From assembly GCA_051453625.1 (NCBI GenBank), contig JBOZIK010000001.1, forward strand, positions 26,778,655 through 26,818,679: 40,025 bases of DNA, in the 5' to 3' direction. Origin of the DNA: Welwitschia mirabilis (taxonomy: Eukaryota). Within the stretch, counting starts at the first letter, position 1; each line of letters begins with the position of its first letter. Made by a program: the position numbers and the translations under genes. This document shows, one piece after another, positions 1-10,559 of this stretch. Below the pieces are notes generated by a model. It saw nothing but the letters and a program-made list of their open reading frames with translations, was not told the origin of the DNA and did no database searches.

Positions 1-440
1 ACAGAATTTTCGCCTCAGTTTTGGTCATACTGGATTGGATGCTGTTGGTTATGTAGATGCTAATTATACTCAGTAAGTCCACTACTGGTCTTGTTCGTTT
101 GCAAAGAGACATGGCTTTGTCAACCACAGAAGTAGAGTACATAGTTATGACAGAGGCAACTAAAGAAATGATCTAGTTAAGACGTTTACTTGGCTAGTTT
201 GAGTTGAAACAATAGCAATATGTGATTTATTGCGATAGCTAGAGTGCCATTCATTTGGCAAAAAATGTTGCTTACCATGCTCGAATGAAGCACATTAATG
301 TGAGGTACCACTTCATCAGGGAAGCATTGGAGGAGAAGCTGAATGTTCACAAAATCCACACACATAGGCGGATCTTGCAGATTTTTTGACCAAGCCTGTT
401 CCTGGGATATAAACATCAGTGGTGCTGTCATGGCATACAC
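1..440 (+). mobile_element. Ty1/copia pol 3' fragment (RNase H), decayed
   Basis: + strand translates to GYVDANY..KSTTG, ALSTTEVEYIVMTEATKE, YCDS*SAIHLAKNVAYHARMKHINVRYHFIRE. These are copia RNase H motifs, with stops and an internal deletion. Confidence 0.9.
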
Positions 441-513
441 CTTGATCCATAGGCTAAGTGCTCACATGAACCTAGAAGCCACTGGGAAGACTTGAACCTG
501 AGACTAGCCAACA
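440..513 (-). mobile_element. Fragment of TRIM internal region (same family as 16112-17043)
   Basis: ccttgatccataggctaagtgctcacatgaacctagaagccactgggaagacttgaacctgagactagccaaca aligns with the internal units of the array at 16218-16318. Confidence 0.85.
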
Positions 514-1221
514 TGTATGGCTTCTTGACTAGGTTTTTATTTATCACAATAGAAGTTGTGTTCCCACATAAAACAAACTTGTACGACCCTTGGCATGAGG
601 CAAAGCACTTGTTTGTGGTTCCTATGCTTCAAATGGGTGATCAATCCATCTACGCACCCCAATGTGGTTTCTTCAACTATTGCAAGACATGCTTAGTCCT
701 AGCGGAAAATCCATCTCATGACATTATTCTCATTCATATGGATTCTTTTTAACTTTTGATTAGCTTTTATGCCATGTATCAAAAACTTTGGGAGCTTAGC
801 TACCACAAAGGTGATTGTTACAACTATTAATATTTTAATCAACATGATATTCTCTTTATTATCACAATAGACATGTCAATTATATCACAGCTTTTTTCCT
901 ACTTAATCAAGCCACAAAAAGAGATTCAATGGACCTCAAAGCTATTGCTTTGATCTTAGCTGTTGAATGCTCACTAATTACAGCCATTCCTTTGCTTTGC
1001 CCCAGTGTTGGTTACCGCACGAAATCATATGTTAGACCAGAGGTCCTTCTTACAAAATGAGCCTAAACCGTTGTTGCAATTTGATATTGATGCACAAACA
1101 TATTTGCGTAGCTTGTGCATATGGTATTGACTCGTTACTGTGTTCTTTTCCTAGTGGATTCCCGCTCCATTACAATTTCTTGTATGTGCCAATTTGTCAA
1201 TGTTTTGGTGTGTGTTTGAAG

Positions 1222-2430
1222 CATGGTTGTGAAACTCGAACTCAGCACTACTCGTTTGGCTACTTGGATTCGGACTCACTAGCGAAACTCGGAAAACTCA
1301 ACAAAACTTGGTGGAAACTCGGGAAGGCCATAAGAGTTTGGGTTTTCATATCTTTTTTGAAAGAAAAAGGCATTTTTATGCATTCTGATAAGGCATAGAG
1401 CATTTCTAAATATTAGACATCTTGAAATACACCATATTAAATATTAATGAGACAAATAACTATGTTTGTCAAAACCTCGAAGTTGTCATTACTTCTTAGT
1501 CATTACAAGCTACAAACTTACAATTATTGTGATTCATTATTTTTGTAAAACAGTTACAATTCCTAAAGATACNNNNNNNNNNNNNNNNNNNNNNNNNNNN
1601 NNNNNNNNNNNNNNNNNNNNNNNNNNNNNNNNNNNNNNNNNNNNNNNNNNNNNNNNNNNNNNNNNNNNNNNNGATACACAATGTCAAACAGTTTTTCTTA
1701 GTTTTCTATAAACTTTTTCTGAACTCCTAAGCTGGAAATGCTTTCTTTGCTTAATTTCATTGCAAGGAAAAGGCAAATACACAAAAAAGAGTGGGGAACG
1801 TAAAAAAGAAATACAAGTTTTAACTTAAGAATTTAATTCTAGAATTTTAGATATCTCAGATCATCTTCTATACCTAACGAAAATGACAAAACACAGTTAT
1901 TATATACACAAAACATGATTATAATAAATATTTTTGTATTGTTTTATGTTTATGCAATTTTCTTGGTGGAAGGAAAACACATAACGATGGCAGAGAGGAA
2001 GGAATCAATAGTGGATGCTACTGCTTTCTTTGCTTGAATGCCGATGCTTTAGCTATGTGTTAAATACTCAAATCTTTGACAAGAGTTAAAAAAATGAAAA
2101 CTTTTCAGCCCGTACCAAGAGTTGCAGTTGAGTTTGAGTCTCTGAGATGACTTTGAATGCTGATGCTTGAATGTTTAATGTTTCACACTTTCACCTTCCT
2201 TTCAACCCTTCTCTTTGCTTGTTTTTGTTTTGTTTTAGAATCCTCTCAAGAGAAATAATGTTTCTTGACTGTCTGAGGGTATTTGAACCTTAAAAAAACA
2301 AGTTTCTGTAACCTTTTTTTTTATGTTGCCATGGATCTCGAACTTGCCAAATTTGTCTTACAGAACTCGCGTTTTTAAACTCGTAGTGAACTGGAGACTC
2401 GTGAAACTTGCCATGAGTTTCACAATAGTG
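1222..2430. mobile_element. Non-autonomous hAT-type DNA transposon
   Basis: Perfect 8-bp TSD GTTTGAAG (1214-1221 and 2431-2438). Imperfect TIRs catggttgtgaaactc / gagtttcacaatagtg (13/16). Clustered ACTCG-type subterminal motifs at both ends. No transposase ORF. Contains a 100-N gap. Confidence 0.9.
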
Positions 2431-2997
2431 GTTTGAAGTAGGCTCTAGGAGTTACATGGAAACTCACACCTAGTTGGAGGTTAAGCAATTGCCAGTCTAC
2501 CTTTAGTTGAAACCCTGGTGTTCTCTCTTTGAAAGGTTTAAGAAGGCTAGTGTGGAACACTAGATGGATCCTTTTGGAGTGCTTGGCTTAGCTCGAGTTT
2601 ATACATGACCTCCCCTACACATTCAAGAGAATAAAGAAGGGGCCGATAGAGCAATGACTTAGCTTGATGTAGCTACTAAGCTTAATAGATGCTTGTTTGG
2701 GCTTGGTCCTTAGCAAAACTTTATTTGCCACGTTAAATAGGACTCTTCTTTGATGTCAAGTAACAAATTTCTTCATTCTATAATTTGCAGGTTGTGGGTT
2801 TCTGCATGCTTCATTAACCACCTCTTGCACTGTGGGGTCTTCCCATAATACTATAATAGTGATGTATGACAATGTCTTTCGCAGAGTACCTCAAATGGTG
2901 ATTTTTTCGTGGAAAAGTGTTTATTCTGATTATAAGCAAATTCTGCAAGTTGAGGTTCCCTCTCCCATGTGGGAGCTTTCCTTCAACGTGTGCATAC

Positions 2998-3087
2998 TGT
3001 TAGGCCCTTTACCATCACACTAAAAGCCATGACTTAGGTAGACACTAGAGCTCTTTTATATTGACTCACTTATTGGGTTGGGCATGA
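2998..3087 (-). mobile_element. TRIM-family LTR, cut off by the gap
   Basis: tgttaggccctttaccatcacactaaaagccatgacttaggtag... matches the LTRs of the 16112-17043 array. Confidence 0.9.
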
Positions 3088-6000
3088 NNNNNNNNNNNNN
3101 NNNNNNNNNNNNNNNNNNNNNNNNNNNNNNNNNNNNNNNNNNNNNNNNNNNNNNNNNNNNNNNNNNNNNNNNNNNNNNNNNNNNNNNTCTGTCTCTAATT
3201 ATTCTCATCCCCAAAATTTTATTAGCCTGCCCAAGATCTTTCATCTCAAATTGCTTCTTCATTGCTGTTTTAAAACATTTAATTTCAACTACATCATTCC
3301 CTACAACTAACATGTCATCTATATACAAAAGGAAAATGACAAATTTACCTGTAACACTTCCAGAGAAGTAAACGTAGTTGTTAAACTGACTCCTCAGGTA
3401 AGATTGTTGCTTCATGAATGTATCAAACCTTTTATACCATTGTCTAGGAGCTTGTTTCAAGACATACAAGCTCTTTCGTAGCTTGCAAACCAGATTAGAA
3501 CTTTGCCGGTCTGAATACCCCTCTGGTTGATGCAAATAGATCTCTTTATCAAGGTCCCCATTCAGAAAAGTTGTCTTAACATCCAATTGTTCTAGCTCTA
3601 AATCAAAGCAAGCAACCAAAGAGAGAACTATTCTGATTGATGAATGCTTTACAATAGAAGAAAAGATTTCTATAAAATCATTACTTGGCTTTTGGGCATA
3701 AACTTTCACTACCAACCTGGCCTTGTAACGCTTCTTCCCATCAGCCTCATCTTTAATTCTAAAGATCCACCTGCTATGTAGAGATTTGCGCCCCTTGGGC
3801 AAAGTAACCAACTCCCAAGTTTTATTGTTCTGCAAGGATTTCCATTCCTCCTCCATAGCTGCCTTCCACTTGGTAGTAGCGACACAAGATAAAGCCTCTT
3901 CTACTGTTTCAGGTTCTCCACAATTAGTATAAAGAACATAATGTAAAAATAAGGAATACCTGTCTAGTGGACGTATGGCTCTAGTTGAACACCTCACCCA
4001 ATGTGTTGCAGGAAGAGGTTATTTATCTTGTTCCAATCGCTCTTTCCCTTCATCCAAGGAAGTCTCATCATTTACAGCTTGTTGATTTTCAACTTCTGAA
4101 ACATTTTCTTCATGTATTTTGTCAGGAATCTGTTTAGCCTCTGTCTCAACATCTTTTAAAAAACTAATAGACTTTTGCGGGATACTAGAGAAGTCTCCTC
4201 ATTCGCACCCTGACGGCCGTGGAACATTACTCGTTCTCTCAATTTAACATCCTGAGATTTGACAACTCGTTTTGCCTCAGGATCCCACAGTCTATAACCA
4301 AGAGCATCTTCACCATATCCAACAAATATACGTCATTTGGCTTTGTATTGCAATTTTGTCATGTTCTCCTTTTGAATGTGCATGTAGGCCTCGCACCCGA
4401 AAACTCTTTGATGCTTGTAAGAAATGTTTTTACCAGTCCAAAGAATCTCTAGAACTCCATTATTGAGAGAGGAATGAGGAGATCTGTTCACCAGAAATGC
4501 AACTGTTACCACCGCCTCTGCCCAAAAAACCTTGGACAAACTTCCAGCTGCAACCATGCATCCAGCATCTTCTAGCAATGATCTGTTGCATCTCTCAACA
4601 ACACCGTTTTCCTGTGGTGCACCTGGAGGAGTATGAATGTGACGTATTCCTTTGTTGCTGCAATATTCACCAAAGGCCTTGGAGGTGTACTCCCCTCCAT
4701 TGTCAATCAACAAACATTTCACCCTAAGACCTGTTTGAGTTTCAACCATTGCAACAAAAGACTTGAAAACACCAAAGACTTCATCTTTGGACTTGAAAAG
4801 GTACACCCAAACCTTCCTAGTGCAATCATCAATAAAAGTAACAAAATAAAGGAAGCCACCAATAAAAGTAGGATTTATAAGCCTAAACACATTAGAATAA
4901 ACCAACTCTAATTTGTTTTTCCTTCTTATATCCAAATCCCTACAAAAATTGACTCTCTCATATTTACCAATAATACAATCTTTACAGAACTCAATAGAGG
5001 CATCTAAATACATGAGGATTAAGGAAAGAGATTGAAGCACCTTAAGGCTAGGATTGCCTATGTGTCCCAAACGTTTATGCCAGACATCTACATCCTCTGA
5101 AGTTCATCTGTAGTAGCAGCAACCATTGCATATGTGTCTGCTTCCAAGGTATACATGATGCCATCTTTCTTCCCTTGCAACACTGTTAGAATTCCCTTGG
5201 TAATCTTCCAACATCCTCCTCTAGAGAAGTCCAAGCCTAGATCATCAAGCTGTGTAAGAGAAACTAGCTTCTTCATCACCTTTAAAACATGTCGAATATT
5301 GTTAATGGTAACCTTGGGCAATCTTAGTTATTGCAAAACAACACTGCCTATTCCAACAACCTATAGAGATCCTCCATTGGCAGCATAAACAACTCCAGAA
5401 GAAATAGGACTGTAAATAAAGAAAGCAAAATGATTTGGACAGATATGAAAGGAAGCACCCAAATCAACTAGCCAAACATCTTTAGTAGACCTCTCTACAG
5501 AAGACCGCATAGTTCTAACACTAGAAAACTAACTCCGTCATCTTACCCAATTGACCTGTGAGGAAGAGTCTCCCGAATGGCCCTATTCATGCTTCTCTTT
5601 TTGCTTTGCCTTCCAAGCATAATAGTCTTTCTTCACATGTCCCTTTTTCTTATAGAACCAACATTCGACGTTTCTGCCACAAGAAACTCCTTTGCTTTTG
5701 CTTCTTCCCCTGCTTTGGTCACATTTCTTATTCCTGCCTCTATTTTCATCTACAAACGCACCCTCCGAAGATTGCATTTCCTTGAGTCTACCCTCAGAAT
5801 CTTGAAGTGTAGAGACAACCTGCTCAAAAGTCATCATGGTAATATTCATAGATGTAGTGATGGATGTCACTACTGCAGACCAAATTTCAGGAAGAGAATC
5901 CAATAAGGTATAAGACTTAACTAAATCTGGAATTTTATTGTTATACTCTTCCAGATTTACCAAATTACCTATCATCTCATCCAGATGATCCTGTAATAAA

Positions 6001-6721
6001 ACTTCCGGCCGCTTCCTTGCCTTGAACACCTTCTGATAGATGTGAAACATATTCAAACCAGATGCTTTATCAAACTTGTTTTTGAGATGGTGCTAGAGAT
6101 CATGAGGATCCATATCTTGTTTAATCGACTGTAGGATCATGTTACCCAAACTTGGATGTATGTAGGAGAGGGCCTTTCTTTTTATCTTTTCCCATTCTTT
6201 GTCTTTCATGGAAGCCGGTTTCGCGGACTCTAGAGCTTCAAGGCACTCTAGCCCCAAAGCGGCTTTCATCAGAACACTCCAAATGTTCCAGTTTTGGTCA
6301 ATGAGCATCTCCGTCATTTGCAACCTCTCCATCACGCTTCATCTCAAAGGAATATATCCAACCACTATGGACCAAAAAAAAAATTTTAAAAAAGGGAAAA
6401 AAAGAAAAAAGAAAAAGAAAAAAAAGCAAGACAGAAAGAAAAAAAAGTAAAATGCTGCGAAACCATATAGCCACAAACAAAATGCTGCGAAACCATACAG
6501 ACGGATCTCAAAATTTGTGCCTCTTGCTTTGCTTCGCTCGGACTTGCATTGCTCTGCTCGCTTCGCTCGCTCTATAGCTACAAGTAACAACACAACCTAT
6601 TTGCTTGTTCACTGCACTCGCTTGCTTCTCTCGCTCGCTCCATTCACAAGCTTCACTCCTAGAAGCTCCAACAATTCCTGCAACTTCCTAACCTTCGTTG
6701 CAACACTTTGAGGCAAACCCT

Positions 6722-6739
6722 AACCAGGCTCTGATACTA
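6722..6739 (-). promoter_or_regulatory. Primer-binding site for tRNA-iMet (copia element)
   Basis: - strand TAGTATCAGAGCCTGGTT versus the plant tRNA-iMet 3' complement TGGTATCAGAGCCAGGTT (16/18), 2 bp from the LTR. Confidence 0.9.
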
Positions 6740-6741
6740 GT

Positions 6742-7104
6742 TGTTAAGAATGGCAGCAACAAACAACAGAAACATGAAGCAAAACAACATAGGAATTTAC
6801 GTGGGAAACCCCGATGTGGGGAAAAGCCATGAAGGCAAGGCAGAGCTCTCTTAATATTTCAAGAAGAATAGTTCAAGGACACAAGCCGTCGTTAATAGCC
6901 GAGTGTTCTGAATGTCTTACTCCTCTCTCAAGATCCTTCCCCTTAAATAGGCTCACTTAAGGTTAAAAACCCTAATTGTACATTGACTTTATAAATAGCC
7001 CCCTCTTACTTTGTAACAGAAAAGAGAAATACACTTTACAAATAAAGTGCTACCATAAGGGAAAAATAGAAGATAGAAAAGAGGATTTGATTTCAACTCT
7101 AACA
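6742..7104 (-). repeat. 5' LTR of the copia element (363 bp)
   Basis: TGTTA...TAACA termini, adjacent to the PBS; gypsy sequence resumes at 7105. Confidence 0.85.
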
Positions 7105-7453
7105 CAGACTGTGTATCCTAAACCCTATTTACTTGTTCAGTCTGTGTCTTTGGGTGCTATGCCTTGCTGAATACTGTCCCATTCCAATTCCTTTTATGAT
7201 TCTTTGCCAAACCTTTCAGATGGACGTGGCATCTTGATTTGACATCATTGTCATGGTAGCCCATGTAGCCTGTACATACTTCCAAGAAACAAATCTACAA
7301 TCTTCTTGAGATAGCTAGCTTGCTTCAATGGTTTAAAATACACCATCTCGGGGAAATGTTCAACTGCTTCTAGAATGCTATCATGACCTTACCTTACTTT
7401 GTTTGTGGCAATCTGGTGTCGTAGTCCATTGCTGTACTCTCCCCTTTCCATGT

Positions 7454-8131
7454 GGGCACAGCAAGGGGTTGGAGAAGGCCCTTTAGCTTGAGTTCAACCT
7501 TAGTTTGCTGGCACATCAGACAAGCCACTATAGATTTTGCGGCTCCTTACTTAAAATGTGACCAATCATATCCCCTCTTTAGTGTTGCTGTTGTTCTCCA
7601 ATATGTCTAGTGCATGAGACTTTGTGGGCTTCCTTCAAGATTTGTCTCTTGAAACTTGCCGTGGATATGTAGATCGTGTTTCTGCATATCAAATATCTCT
7701 TAATATATTTAGAGGGTCACATGTAGGAGACTTTTGTAAGAGATTCAACCACATGCAGCTTAAGGCACATCTTTATTTTCTTTCCCAGCAGGGCACAACG
7801 AGGGGTTGGAGAAGGCCATTTATGTTGGGTTGTCCAACCTTAGTTTGCTGGCATAGCAGACAAGGCACTGTATACTTTGCGACTCCTAACTTTATGTGTG
7901 ACCAATCATATCCTTTCTTTAGTGTTGCTGTTGTTCTGCAATATGTCTAGTGCATGACACTTTGTGGGCTTCCTTCAAGATTTATCTCTTGGAACTTTGC
8001 TTGGATGTGTAGATTGTGTTTTTGCATATCAAATATCTCTTATTATATTTAGGTAGGGGAGTTATATGTAGGAGACTTTTGTAAGAGATTCCACCACATT
8101 CAGCTTAAGGCACATCTTTATTCTCTTTCCC
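7454..8131. repeat. Tandem duplication of about 337 bp (7454-7786 and 7791-8131) inside the gypsy relic
   Basis: Two diverged direct copies, each starting gggcaca.. and ending ..cttaaggcacatctttatt(t/c)tctttccc. No gap between them. Confidence 0.9.
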
Positions 8132-9125
8132 GGAAGTGTATCAAACCTCCATGTCATTTTCCAAGAGGAGCTTCATCCATTGTTGTTTCCTATTGTGTAG
8201 GGGTTGGGTTTGTAGAAATTGTATCCCATGACTGTTTATCTTTACTAAAAATGAAGTCCTGATAGGTAATGCCTGGATACATGCAGCGCATGCACAGCTG
8301 CCAACAACCCAAGATCATGTTAGGGTAATTCACTTCATGTCTGTTGAAATTCTGTGATTCGTATTCAATTATTTACCTCTCTTTGGGTAAGAACAACAAT
8401 ATATGCTTAAATATCAGCCAGTCCTCATATGCAAATCTGATTACAATAATTTTAAAGAGCTGTATTTGGTTTTAAATTATAAGAGTTAGCAATTTAAATG
8501 ATGTTGAAGGTTTAGGTATTTCTGACAAAATGAATCTGAATTTTTTCAGAAAATCAGAATTCAGATTTGTAAATCCAGCTTCTAACCATATTCTTGAAAC
8601 CATACGTTGAATAAATACAACCTTGCTATGAACAAACCTCATTTTCTAACAACAACAAAAGTCGTGGTGCTTTCTTCTAAAAGGATAACATTTAGTATAA
8701 CAACTTACTTACTAAACTAATAGACATCATTAGTGGGAAAATCTGAATGAAAACAAGAGAAAGGAAATTGTTTAGTATTGTTAATGTTTTTCAGAATTTT
8801 ATTCCCTTCAACAATGTACCATAATTGATGCATTCCTTTTGGAATGATCAAAGCTCTAGCTTTGGCTCTTGTGGAAGCAGGCCTTATTAAAAGGGTTTGG
8901 TTTTATATATTCTTGTGTTTTTCTCTTGTGTGCATGTGATTTTTATTTTCAGTATTTATTTTAGTTTGCTTTTGAATTCTACGGTTTAGGTATAGTGCCA
9001 TTGCTTTTGAGGCCTTTTAAGCCTTGCAATTCAAGAAGATTTCTTCTTGTTAACTTATGATAAGAAAAATACTCAAAAAATGGAAACTTACTGTATCTTT
9101 TAGGAATAAATCTGTTCAAAATTTG

Positions 9126-9151
9126 TACACACACACACACAAACACACACA
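9126..9151. repeat. (CA)n microsatellite
   Basis: acacacacacacacaaacacacaca. Confidence 0.8.
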
Positions 9152-9205
9152 AATGTATGGTAATAGATAAAAAAGTGGATGTGAAATTTTGATGGTTTCT
9201 TGTAG

Positions 9206-9305
9206 TTTGCAGGAGTGTGCTCGATATCTGGAGACAATAAAGGCTTATGAGAAGAAACCAGCTGATATGATACAAGAACGACTTGATAACGATTATTTGT
9301 CACGG
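9206..9305 (+). CDS. ERCC1: DNA excision repair protein ERCC1, internal exon (100 nt, phase 2 to 0)
   Basis: tgtag|T TTG CAG... gives (S)LQECARYLETIKAYEKKPADMIQERLDNDYLSR|gtac, matching the plant ERCC1/UVR7 central-domain end ECARYLETIKVYENKPADLIQ. Upstream exons were not found in the window. Confidence 0.95.
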
Positions 9306-9398
9306 GTACTTTTTCAATCTTGTACTATTTTTAAATCAGTTTGTACCGTCTACATATCTTGAAATGGATGTTATACTAATGTCTGAATTTATTGGTAG

Positions 9399-9470
9399 TT
9401 GACAAATGCACTGACAAGTGTACATCGTATCAACAAATGTGATGTTGTTACACTTGGAGCAAACTTTGGG
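9399..9470 (+). CDS. ERCC1: ERCC1 exon (72 nt), first HhH motif
   Basis: tag|LTNALTSVHRINKCDVVTLGANFG|gtatgt, in frame with the previous exon across a 93-nt intron. Confidence 0.95.
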
Positions 9471-10020
9471 GTATGTATTATTTCTTCCACTTTTTAAAAA
9501 CTGTCAAGTTATCATGAGACCCTAGTTACCTTAATACTATGAATAAAAGTAATAGTTATTTCGACTAGTGGGTACGAAAAGATTATTGATATTGACTTGT
9601 AAAATTTTTAGGTATCGCAAATATCTTTGTAACCAAATTAGCTTTTGATTTTAACAAAACTTATTATGATCATCTATAATTGATAAGGAACAAGTCTATT
9701 GTATTTAGTGCACAGGTTAATGATGTTTCTGTAAATAGAAGCTGAGAGACATAGGAATTGAGGAACACATTGAAAATATACTTGTGAAATGCATAATTAC
9801 TGCAGAATCATTTTTTTGCCAAAAGATTCAAATTGTGGGAATCACAAAAATTGCGATGCTGAATTGTGTGAAGTATAGAAAATAAGAAAGTTCAATATTT
9901 CTCTGGCAAATTTTGATAGATATTGAATTTTGAATGATAAGTAAACCCCAAAAGAATATATAAGCATTGTTATAACCTATGAGACTAGTAATTATCACTT
10001 ACTAAAGTTTTTGAAGTATG

Positions 10021-10274
10021 TTTTTTTAATTTGTTCTATTTTTGCAGACGAGGCACCATGGACGGTGTTTCCTAACTGAAAACCTTTCGGCAACATTGTG
10101 CTGACCCACTTGGCAAGTACACGTGGTGTGCTAGTTGTCCCAAAAGGGGCGCGGCCACCGTGGACAATGCAAGTGAAGTCTACCTTGGTAAGGAATCAAA
10201 CCCACAACCATCCACTTGGCATGGCTATTCCAACTTTGGGGGTTTGAGCTAACCAATCATATCACCTGCCTGCC
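10021..10274 (-). mobile_element. Probable tRNA-derived SINE
   Basis: - strand: A-box-like TGATATGATTGG (10264-10253), B-box-like GGTTTGATTCC (10202-10192), GC-richer body, A-rich tail (+ strand T-rich 10021-10044). No TSD recognised. Confidence 0.5.
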
Positions 10275-10559
10275 TTAGTTAAGAGAGTTAAAGAATTTAA
10301 AGTGGTGGACACCATACAATTTTTACAGTCCTAAACAAAATATAAAGTACAACATACACATTTTCTCAAAAATATCAGTCTTATATAAAATGTTAGATCA
10401 GGTGTTTGTATTCCAATAACACTTTTGTGAAAAAGAATGTAGCTGTACAATACAATTGTCAGTTTATCACAATCATCATGTCCAAAATCTCAAAAACTAT
10501 GAATAATACAACTTGGATACTGCATACTAGGTGTACTACAAAAGATTGATGACTTCTAG

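Larger units (their letters stand above)
3188..7104 (-). mobile_element. Ty1/copia LTR retrotransposon (Tnt1/Tork-like), degenerate; RNase H and 3' LTR not visible (gap)
   Basis: 5' LTR 6742-7104 and PBS, then gag (6335-5583, decayed knuckle CWFYKKKGHVKKDY), protease WLVDLGASFHICP (about 5480-5435), integrase (GHIG, CKDC, FIDDCTR, DNGGEY, NGVVER; 5070-4333) and RT (YKARLV, QLDVKTTFLNG, LLYIDDML; 3997-3188). Multiple stops and frameshifts. Confidence 0.95.
1090..8370 (-). mobile_element. Decayed Ty3/gypsy (chromovirus-like) pol: RNase H, integrase, GPF module, probable chromodomain; split by later insertions into about 1090-1221, 2431-2997 and 7105-8370
   Basis: - strand, with frameshifts: YESQNF..HEVNYP*HDLGLLAAVHAL..RHYL and YTSGKEN (RNase H, about 8130-8365); ILKEAH..HIG..CLMCQQTK..GLLQPLAVP; RLHGLP; TEQVNRV (7105-7800); AEFAYN..SPFEV; SIGPFFIL..YKLEL..IHLVFHTSLLKP (2530-2997). 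A weaker chromodomain-like LLQTHTKTLTNWHIQE runs across the hAT site. RNase H before integrase is gypsy order. Confidence 0.85.

Noticed and set aside
1-440. Possible missing RNase H of the 3188-7104 copia
   Set aside because: Opposite strand and outside the TSD-bounded block; treated as a separate element.
2780-2900. Acceptor-like tttgcag followed by open sequence, as a possible upstream ERCC1 exon
   Set aside because: No ERCC1 similarity; it is the antisense of the gypsy integrase.
6199-6593. Lys-rich and Phe-rich ORFs
   Set aside because: Translation of the A/T tract in the copia 5' UTR.
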